This document shows, in pieces, positions 57,451 through 64,000 of a DNA stretch of 64,000 bases (position 1 is the first letter of the stretch; each line of letters begins with the position of its first letter). The notes beneath the pieces are model-generated. The model ran no database searches and was not told the origin of the DNA. It saw nothing but the letters and a program-made list of their open reading frames with translations. The translations under genes were made by a program, and so were the position numbers. This DNA is from an uncultured Candidatus Binatia bacterium (lineage in GTDB: Bacteria; Desulfobacterota; Binatia; UBA9968; JAJDTQ01): positions 1,248,001 through 1,312,000 of the forward strand of contig OZ251459.1 of the NCBI GenBank assembly GCA_965242525.1, given 5' to 3'.

Positions 57451-57540
57451 TGGCGGAGAGGGAGGGATTCGAACCCCCGTTACCCGTGGGTAAACCTGAT
57501 TTCGAGTCAGGCGCCTTCAACCGGACTCGGCCACCTCTCC
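57451..57540 (-). tRNA. tRNA-Ser, anticodon CGA
   Basis: GGAGAGG...CCTGA CTCGAAA TCAGG, long variable arm, GGGGGTTCGAATCCCTC CCTCTCC G CCA; 90 nt. Confidence 0.95.
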
Positions 57541-57613
57541 GCAATCCTACAGCCTAGCACGACCGGGGCCGCTTGGAAATGGCGAGGGTTGTCCAGGGTT
57601 CATGCAAGGAGGA

Positions 57614-57866
57614 GGCGCTTTTTCCATCCTTCCGAGCAAACCCCATGGCGCCGTGCATGATGGATTCCCGCTTTCGCGGGAATGACGGCTCACCTTCCAT
57701 CGCGGCCGCTACCGCACGTGGCGCGTGCATGATGGATTCCCGCCCCCGCTTCCGCGAGGGCATGCTTTGCGGGAATGACGGAGGTGAGACTTTCGGGGGA
57801 ATGACGTCCTCGCCCCTGTCGCTCCCCTTCCCCTCCTGCCTTGCCCACACGAATTCCCGAAGAGCC
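57614..57866 (-). mobile_element. MITE-B copy 2 (reverse orientation, rearranged)
   Basis: Reverse complement begins GGCTCTTCGGGAATTCGTGTGGGCAAGGC...CGACAGGGG..CGTCATTCCC, contains CCATGGGGTTTGCTCG and ends AAGCGCC, collinear with 25664-25905. Confidence 0.7.
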
Positions 57867-58043
57867 ACCCTGGACAACCCTCCCGTTCGTCCTGAGCGTA
57901 CCGAAGCGGAGTCGAAGGGAGGATTTTGATGAACGTCAAACTTCACATGAACACCCGTTCGTCCTGAGCGTAGCGAAGCGAAGTCGAAGGACGCGCTTTC
58001 CCATAGGGAGATGCGCCTCAAGCCAGGATTGATCAGAGGTTCC
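57867..58043 (+). mobile_element. MITE-A with two repeat-A units and a clipped left TIR
   Basis: ACCCTGGACAA..., repeat A at 57883-57919 and 57954-57992, right TIR ATTGATCAGAGGTTCC at 58028-58043. Confidence 0.65.
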
Positions 58044-58048
58044 CATCC

Positions 58049-58117
58049 CGTCATTCCCTCTCATCCCGTCATTCCCGCGAAAGCCCACACCGTCATTCCC
58101 GCGAAAGCGGGAATCCA
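58049..58117 (+). repeat. Three tandem repeat-B starts of increasing length, the last complete
   Basis: CGTCATTCCC (58049), CGTCATTCCCGCGAAAGC (58067), CGTCATTCCCGCGAAAGCGGGAATCCA (58091). Confidence 0.85.
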
Positions 58118-61100
58118 CTTTTCAGTAGAATCGCCGCGACACGTCTTGCGGTATCGGTGAAGCGCTGGACTTCCTCCGGCCGCAGCGGGCGGTCGAGGAT
58201 GCCGCGTTCACGGTAGGAAAGCCATTTCTTGAGGACCTGGTAGCCGCCGAGCTTGTAGTTCCAGACCGCGGCGGGGAGGTTGCGCCAGAAGGCGCGGTCG
58301 TTGAGGTGAACGTCGAAGGTGGTCTTGCCGAAGGTGGGGAGCGCAGCGCTCAGGGCGGTGCGTTCGTCCGGGGCGAAGGCGCGTTCGAGGCTCCGGCCTT
58401 GGCCCGGCATGACCGCCCCGCCCGCTCCGACGTGGCCCCAGCCCGCGGTGAGGGCGAAGTCGTCGCCGGTCATGTTGCGCCCGTCCGTGGTGGCGGGAAC
58501 GGCAATGGCGGCGAACTCCGGGCGCAACGCGCCCGTGGTGACGCCGGGGACTGGCGTGTCAGGGTCGAGCAGGGCCGCGAGTTCACGGCCCCGGGCGGCC
58601 GACCGGGCGAGGGCGTCCGCCGCTTCATTGGTCTCCCTGTCCGAGGATGCGGAGCCTTGTTCGGATGCGGGCGGGACGCCCGCGTTCCCAGGAAAGGCGC
58701 TTTCCACGGCTGGCTCATGGCCCTCATAAGCGGGGGACCCCCCTGGGAGCGCGGGCGTCCCGCCCGCAGGGGTGGGGGGCAAGGCAGAGCGAGTGGAATC
58801 CGGGGAGACCTCTGCGGTCCCGGTAGCAGGCCAGCCGGGAAGCGGGATGCGCGGCCACTCCATGCGGAGCGCCCCGGCGTTGGCCTCCCGGTAGGCGGGA
58901 TCGTGAAGCACGGCGAGTACGTGGTGGAACAGGTCCTCGACGCTCAAGCCGAGGCGGTCCAGGTAGCGCCGGGCCGCGGCCGAGAGGTTGGGGCGATTGC
59001 GGGGGCCGCCGGTGTCGCTTCCGATACCGTGCGCCGCGGGAGCGGGCGGCCACGCTCGGAGGTTGCCGTGGGCGCCGTCGTCCTCGCTCCCGATGTTCTC
59101 GTCGTGGAGCCAAGTAGGAAACATCATGGCGCCCCGCTCGATCAAATGCAGGGATGCGAGATGTTCCGTGGAGCAGGCCTGAGGTTCCGACGCATCCTTT
59201 CGTAGATGCTGAGCGGTGGAGAGCCACAGGTTCCCTTCGAACACGTGCGGTTTATAGTCGGCGCGCTTCTCGTCGAGCAGCTTCGTCTCGGCTTCCCAAT
59301 ACAGCCATCGGTTGTCGAACGGACGATAGGCGAAACGAACGAAACCGGCTTCGTCCGGCCCGCCGCGGGCAAGCAGCGCCTCGCGCACCTTGCGGGCGTC
59401 GAAGCGCGCCGTCGTCTTCATCGCCGCCGGGTATCGCCGTGCGATCTCCTCATGGCTCAAGCCCGGATCGAAATAGTCCCCGACCCGCGCTTTCAACAGG
59501 TCGAGATCCACATCGACGAGGAATGGGTCCCGGCTGGTCTTGACCCCAGGGAACGACACCGGGAACAGGTCCGGCAATGCTGGCCAGTCGAACCAATCCT
59601 TGCTCACCGCCATCGGCTTGAACGGCAAACCCAGCCGAAGCGCGGGTTCCAGCGTCGCATAATCGGAATCCATGTCGGGAGCGTCAAGGCTCTCCAACAT
59701 TGCCTGCCGTCTTTCCGCAGCACGCGCCTGATGGAAATCCCGGTACAGGATGCGTCCCCGAGCGGACGCGCCGCTTCCCGATCGTGACAACAATGCGATG
59801 CTGGCCCCGACCTTGATCCCCGGCGATTGTCCTTGCAGGGCAAACACCGTTTCGCTGGTCCGTCCGTCGGGAGCGTATTCCGAGACGATGCGGTCGCCAT
59901 GCAGGTTGTCGATGCGCACCGCGTCGAAGGCTTCCAGGTACCGTTCCCGCATCCCCGTAAACGACAGCCCGTCCAGCCACGAGTAGTTGGAAATGAAGCA
60001 CACCACGCCCCGGCCCGTCTTCTCCGCAATGCGCCGTTCCGCCATGCGGAAGAAGCGCACGTACAGGTCGTTCAACCCCTGTCCTTCCGGTCGCCGCACC
60101 CTCCTGGTCCTTCGGTAGGACTCCGACAACTCCCGCTCCTCGTCCACCGCCATGCCGGCAAAGCCGTTGTAGGGCGGATTGCCCAGGATCACCAGGATGG
60201 GCGTGTCCTGCTTCACCCGCTCCGCACGGTCCCGCTCCTCCTCCAGTTCCGGGAAGGGCAAGGGCTTGATCGTGTGGGGTTCCCACCCGGTCAGGGCGTT
60301 GGTGAGGAAGACGCCGGGCCGTTCATCCCCGTCGTCCTTCAGCGGCGCGTCCAGGTCCTGCATGGTCAGCCCCACCTGAAGGTGAGCCACCACGAAAGGC
60401 GCGGGCATGATCTCGAAGCCGAACACCCGCTCGGTGGCGGCCTGCTTCACCCGCACCCCGGCCAGCGCCCCCAGGCCGCTCCCTTCCAGGTTGACGGCGA
60501 TGCGACGCAAGACCTCCGCCAGATAGGCCCCGGTGCCGCAGCACGGGTCCAGCACATAGACGTTCTCCGCAGCCAGCCCCTCCGGGATGCCCAGGTCGTC
60601 CTTCAGGGCCCGGTCCACCCGCGCCACCATGTAGCGCACCACTTCGGAAGGGGTGTACCAGACCCCCAGTTGCTTGCGCAGTTCGGGGTCGAAGGCTTCG
60701 AGGAAGGGTTCGTAGAAGTAGGGCACGGCCTCGCCTTCGTGGAAGCGGGCGAAGAAGGCCGCGTGGTCCACCCGGTCCAGAGCGGCCGCGGTCCAGTCCA
60801 GGACTTCGACGAGACCCAGCGGTTGCAGGCGGCCGGGGTCGGATAGTTGCTGGAACAACGCTCGGAGCACCGGCGCGCGCAGGTGCCAAACCGCTTCGCG
60901 CCAGTGGAAGGAAGCGGGCGGGACGCCCGCGTTCCCAGGGGGGACGTTGGCGGGGACGTTCGGACTGCCGGCCCGCGCCCACAGCACCCAGGCGGAGAAG
61001 ACGCCGTAGAACAGCGTCTGCACCAGGGTCGAACGGAAGAAGCGCGCGCCTTTCTCTCCCTCGAAACGGACGCCCAACGCCTCTTCCAGCGCCTTGCGCA

Positions 61101-61758
61101 CCGCCTCCAACGAGGGCGCGTCGCCCGCGGCCTCGACACGGGCCAAGCCGTCCCGGGCATAGGAGGCCAGCAGCCACGCCAAGTCCCTGGGTTCGGCCAA
61201 CGCCGCCCGGTGCGACAGCGCCCGGCACAGGTACTCGCCCAAGCCCGCGCCGACTTCGCGGGCGAAAGTGCGCGGCTTCTCCAGCTTGCGCCGGAAGTCG
61301 TCCGCGCCATCCGCCAGCCGGAAGGTTTCGAGCTTCGCCGCACGGCCCGCGGCGTCCTCTCCCACCAACACGAAATCGCGGGTGTTGGTCACAAGCACCA
61401 GACGGTAGCGGTCCCAATAGCGGCTTACCTGGTCCCCCGCCGCGGTAAGCCATGCGTCATCGTCCGCGGTCTTCACTTCCACCACGCCACGCTCCGGCGT
61501 CTGGCCCTCACGCGGTTGGCCCCGCTGGACCTGCTTCGCTACGTAGAAGCCGAAGTCGGGATGGCCCGCGCCCTGGTCAGCCAACTCCTGGACGCAGAAG
61601 ACCTTGGGCTTGAGGGCTGTGCCCACGGCGTTGAGCAGTTGCGCCAGAGGTCCGTAACTCGACCGCTCCCCGGTGGCGCCGCCCGAAGCCCGCACCCGAC
61701 CCAAGTCGGCAAAATAGGTCTCTACCGCCGCGGTCAGGTTCACGTTCGCTGCCGTCAT
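58093..61758 (-). CDS. Single-chain restriction-modification enzyme (PD-ExK nuclease, N6-adenine MTase and type ISP-like specificity domain, no helicase; type IIG-like)
   Basis: HPDFG...VEVK, GVWYTP, VLDPCCGTG, GNPPY, AYRPFD; AAGGAG RBS before ATG 61758. Confidence 0.88.
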   Translation of the reverse strand: MTAANVNLTAAVETYFADLGRVRASGGATGERSSYGPLAQLLNAVGTALKPKVFCVQELADQGAGHPDFGFYVAKQVQRGQPREGQTPERGVVEVKTADDDAWLTAAGDQVSRYWDRYRLVLVTNTRDFVLVGEDAAGRAAKLETFRLADGADDFRRKLEKPRTFAREVGAGLGEYLCRALSHRAALAEPRDLAWLLASYARDGLARVEAAGDAPSLEAVRKALEEALGVRFEGEKGARFFRSTLVQTLFYGVFSAWVLWARAGSPNVPANVPPGNAGVPPASFHWREAVWHLRAPVLRALFQQLSDPGRLQPLGLVEVLDWTAAALDRVDHAAFFARFHEGEAVPYFYEPFLEAFDPELRKQLGVWYTPSEVVRYMVARVDRALKDDLGIPEGLAAENVYVLDPCCGTGAYLAEVLRRIAVNLEGSGLGALAGVRVKQAATERVFGFEIMPAPFVVAHLQVGLTMQDLDAPLKDDGDERPGVFLTNALTGWEPHTIKPLPFPELEEERDRAERVKQDTPILVILGNPPYNGFAGMAVDEERELSESYRRTRRVRRPEGQGLNDLYVRFFRMAERRIAEKTGRGVVCFISNYSWLDGLSFTGMRERYLEAFDAVRIDNLHGDRIVSEYAPDGRTSETVFALQGQSPGIKVGASIALLSRSGSGASARGRILYRDFHQARAAERRQAMLESLDAPDMDSDYATLEPALRLGLPFKPMAVSKDWFDWPALPDLFPVSFPGVKTSRDPFLVDVDLDLLKARVGDYFDPGLSHEEIARRYPAAMKTTARFDARKVREALLARGGPDEAGFVRFAYRPFDNRWLYWEAETKLLDEKRADYKPHVFEGNLWLSTAQHLRKDASEPQACSTEHLASLHLIERGAMMFPTWLHDENIGSEDDGAHGNLRAWPPAPAAHGIGSDTGGPRNRPNLSAAARRYLDRLGLSVEDLFHHVLAVLHDPAYREANAGALRMEWPRIPLPGWPATGTAEVSPDSTRSALPPTPAGGTPALPGGSPAYEGHEPAVESAFPGNAGVPPASEQGSASSDRETNEAADALARSAARGRELAALLDPDTPVPGVTTGALRPEFAAIAVPATTDGRNMTGDDFALTAGWGHVGAGGAVMPGQGRSLERAFAPDERTALSAALPTFGKTTFDVHLNDRAFWRNLPAAVWNYKLGGYQVLKKWLSYRERGILDRPLRPEEVQRFTDTARRVAAILLKSGFPLSRE
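58667..58767. repeat. Inverted pair of REP-like repeat C inside the R-M coding sequence
   Basis: GCGGGCGGGACGCCCGCGTTCCCAGG (58667-58692) and CCTGGGAGCGCGGGCGTCCCGCCCGC (58742-58767), 49-bp spacer. Confidence 0.85.
60914..60939. repeat. Third copy of repeat C inside the R-M coding sequence
   Basis: GCGGGCGGGACGCCCGCGTTCCCAGG, identical to 58667-58692. Confidence 0.85.
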
Positions 61759-61847
61759 GGTCTCCTTTGTTGCCGAGCGCGGCCTGACATGCAAGCACTG
61801 CACACGACTGCACCCTCTCCCCAACCCTGTTCCAGAAGGAGAGCGCG

Positions 61848-62030
61848 CCCTTCGACTTCGCTTCGCTACGCTCAGGACGAACGGAGGGTCATTCCCGCGA
61901 AAGCCTGTCCTCGCGGAAGCGGGGCGGGAATCCATTTTCAGAACCCCTGAAGAATCGAGGGAGGGGGCATGAGTGCGTCCTTCGACTTCGCTTCGCTCAG
62001 GATGAACGGGGATGGGATCAGGGCTGCGGG
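61848..62030 (-). repeat. Repeat cluster: reverse repeat A, nested repeat B, reverse partial MITE-A
   Basis: CCTTCGACTTCGCTTCGCTACGCTCAGGACGAACGG; GTCATTCCCGCGAAAGCCTGTCCTCGCGGAAGCGGGGCGGGAATCCA; TIR-like AGAACCCCTGAAGAAT at 61940. Confidence 0.8.
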
Positions 62031-62903
62031 TCACACCACCCGGCGCCGCAGGTAGGCGCTCAGGTAGTCCACCCCGGTGACCAGGACGTAGAGGACCATG
62101 AGCAGCGTCAGGAGCTGCTGCTCCAGGAACAGGCTGATGGCGATGTGGATCCGCTGGCCCAGGCCGCCGGCCCCCACGAACCCCAGCACCGCGGCCACGC
62201 GGATGTTCACCTCCCAGCGGTAGAGGGTGTAGGAGACGAACTGCGGGAGCGCCTGCGGGAGTATGCCGTAGAACAGGATCTGGAGCTTGCCGGCGCCGGT
62301 GGACTGCAAGGACTCCACGGGTTGGAGGTCCACGTCCTCCAGCACCTCGGCAAACAGCTTGCCCAGGACGCCGCCGGTGTGCACCCCCAGGGCCAACACG
62401 CCGGGGAAGGGGCCCAGGCCCACCAGGAAGACGAAGACCAGCGCCCACAGCATCTCCGGGACGGTCCGCAGGAGGTTCAGCACGGCCCGGGCCGCGAGGT
62501 ACGGGACGCGCCGCAGCAGGACGAGGCCGCGCCGGGTCTCCATCTCGTACAGCAGGCCGGCATAGGCCAAGTTGCGCGAACCGAAGAACACCAGGGACAG
62601 GGCGATGACCGAGGCCAGCAGGGTCCCCATCAACGAGATGGCGAAGGTCTCCCATGCACCGGATGCGGCGTCGGCCAGCGTCTTGCGGGACAGGTCCGGG
62701 GGAAAGAGCCGCGCCGCGTACTCGAAGAGGGCGCCGCCCCCTTCGGCGCTGAAGAGCAGCCCCATATCGACTTCGGAGCCCCGGTAGCTCCAGAGCCACA
62801 GGGCGGCCAGGGACCCCAACAGGACCAGGGCGGACGCGCGCGAGGTCTCGCGGGCCTTCTCCCGGAGCGCGGCCGGATCATGCGGAGCCGCGGGCCGGTT
62901 CAT
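62031..62903 (-). CDS. phnE: Phosphonate/phosphite ABC transporter permease
   Basis: FPPD, RTVPEMLWAL, VGLGPFPGVLALG, YRWEVNIR, GFVGAGGLG. Confidence 0.9.
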   Translation of the reverse strand: MNRPAAPHDPAALREKARETSRASALVLLGSLAALWLWSYRGSEVDMGLLFSAEGGGALFEYAARLFPPDLSRKTLADAASGAWETFAISLMGTLLASVIALSLVFFGSRNLAYAGLLYEMETRRGLVLLRRVPYLAARAVLNLLRTVPEMLWALVFVFLVGLGPFPGVLALGVHTGGVLGKLFAEVLEDVDLQPVESLQSTGAGKLQILFYGILPQALPQFVSYTLYRWEVNIRVAAVLGFVGAGGLGQRIHIAISLFLEQQLLTLLMVLYVLVTGVDYLSAYLRRRVV

Positions 62904-63754
62904 AACAGGGAACGCACCTTCGCGCTGAGGTAGTCGGCCGCCGCCACCAGCGAGAAGAGGATGAGCAGCAGCGTGGTCACTTCGTGGAAGTGGAACATCC
63001 GGATGGAGATCTCGATCTGCTGGCCGATGCCGCCGGCGCCCACCAGCCCCAGGATGGCCGAGGTCCGCACCGCGCATTCCCAACGGTAGAGTGTATAGGA
63101 CGCCACGTTGGGAAGCACCTGGGGCAGCCAGCCGTAGAAGAATATCTGGAGCCGCCCGGCGCCGGTGGACTGGATGGCCTCCAGCGGCCGGTCGTCCACC
63201 GACTCGAATATCTCGGAATAGACCTTGCCCAGCATCCCGCCGTAGGCCACCCCGATGGCCAGCACTCCCGGAAACGGTCCCAGGCCCACCGCGCGCACGA
63301 ACATGAAGGCCCAGACGAACTCCGGGATGCAGCGGAACAGGCTCAGCAACCCCCGGGAAAGGCAGTAGAGGCAGACCTTGGAGCCACGTCTCCAGCCGGC
63401 GCCCTGGCCCTCGACCTCGTGGAGGACGCCCCTGAAGCTGAAGGTGCTGGTGGCCAGCAACCCGAGGGGGAAGCCGATGAGCACCGCGATGGTCGTTCCC
63501 ATCACGGAGATCTGGACGGTCTCCATGGTGGGGCCCACCATGAGCTCCAGGAACTCCCAGGACAGCTCCGGGGGGTACATCCCGGTGACGAACTTCCACA
63601 GGTGTTCCCTGCCCCGGGGCTCGAAGAAGAGTCCCGGGTCCACCTCGGCCCGGCGCCAACTGTCCGCCAGCAGGAAGAGGAACAGGCCGCTGAAGACGTA
63701 GGGGAAGACGGAACGCGGAAGAGCGCTAGAGGGCGGCCCGTTGCTCCGGTTCAT
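62900..63754 (-). CDS. phnE: Phosphonate/phosphite ABC transporter permease
   Basis: MYPPE, RCIPEFVWA, GLGPFPGVLAIG, YRWECAVR, GLVGAGGIG. Confidence 0.9.
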   Translation of the reverse strand: MNRSNGPPSSALPRSVFPYVFSGLFLFLLADSWRRAEVDPGLFFEPRGREHLWKFVTGMYPPELSWEFLELMVGPTMETVQISVMGTTIAVLIGFPLGLLATSTFSFRGVLHEVEGQGAGWRRGSKVCLYCLSRGLLSLFRCIPEFVWAFMFVRAVGLGPFPGVLAIGVAYGGMLGKVYSEIFESVDDRPLEAIQSTGAGRLQIFFYGWLPQVLPNVASYTLYRWECAVRTSAILGLVGAGGIGQQIEISIRMFHFHEVTTLLLILFSLVAAADYLSAKVRSLL

Positions 63755-64000
63755 GGACAGGCTCTCGGCCGGGGCCTTCGGGGGCGGCGCCGGAATAGAG
63801 GCGCCCCAGGAGCTGCGGCGTCACCCGGTCCGCGGCGGTATCGAACAGCTTGACCCCCTCCTTCATGCCGATGACCCTGGGGAAGTGCGCCAGCGCCAGG
63901 TCGACGCTGTGGAGGTTCACCATCAGGGTCTTGCGGGTCTCGGCGCTGATGGCCACCAGCAGCCGGATGATGGCTTCGGCCAGTGAGGGGTCCACGGACG
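63726..64000 (-). CDS. phnC: Phosphonate ABC transporter ATP-binding protein, partial (C-terminus only)
   Basis: VDP...VNLHSVDLALAHFPRVIGMKEG, directly upstream of two phnE genes. Confidence 0.8.
   Translation of the reverse strand, partial: SVDPSLAEAIIRLLVAISAETRKTLMVNLHSVDLALAHFPRVIGMKEGVKLFDTAADRVTPQLLGRLYSGAAPEGPGREPVHEPEQRAAL

Noticed and set aside
57451-57540. tRNA-anchored integrative element at tRNA-Ser or tRNA-Arg
   Set aside because: No duplicated tRNA 3' end and no integrase; the sequences 3' of both tRNAs are ordinary core genes (ffs-dnaX and the M23 peptidase)
57584-58117. Repeat cluster as a CRISPR array
   Set aside because: Mixed repeat types and orientations, irregular spacing, copies dispersed across the window, no cas genes
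57554-58118. Short ORFs such as MDSRFRGND... and SFDFASLRSGRTG
   Set aside because: They are translations of repeats A and B, not genes
61759-62799. N-terminal 347-aa extension of the 1568-aa ORF, suggesting a phnE/R-M fusion
   Set aside because: It runs through an alternative frame of phnE and the repeat cluster; a good RBS and ATG exist at 61758

Overview
A 64 kb, very GC-rich bacterial chromosomal window. Gene-family expansions (UbiD, amidohydrolase_2, OCD/mu-crystallin, Xdh/CoxLMS-like, NMT1-like binding protein) suggest a deltaproteobacteria-like lineage such as Binatia, possibly host-associated; this is inference only. The backbone contains cysS, tRNA-Arg(UCG), prc, ispG, dus, maf, argC, tRNA-Ser(CGA)-SRP RNA-dnaX-ybaB-recR and phnCEE. 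Catabolic genes include three tandem OCD paralogues, two UbiD decarboxylases, two molybdo-flavoprotein trios, four amidohydrolases, a CoA-transferase, an isochorismatase-family hydrolase and an allantoinase-like enzyme. Small accessory or defence-like genes, several visibly lower in GC, are scattered through the backbone: a PD-(D/E)XK nuclease, an AAA ATPase plus a DUF4276/TOPRIM-like gene with an amber stop, a single-chain R-M enzyme, several hypotheticals and two paralogous GT-C-like membrane proteins. Several look damaged. The most striking unannotated structure is a layered repeat system. Two MITE-like families with terminal inverted repeats carry CGTC-tagged palindromes, cluster around the accessory genes and supply the stop codons of three genes. 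A third REP-like palindrome sits in frame three times inside the R-M gene. No transposase, integrase, CRISPR array or reverse transcriptase is visible. All family assignments come from motif recognition by eye, not database searches.
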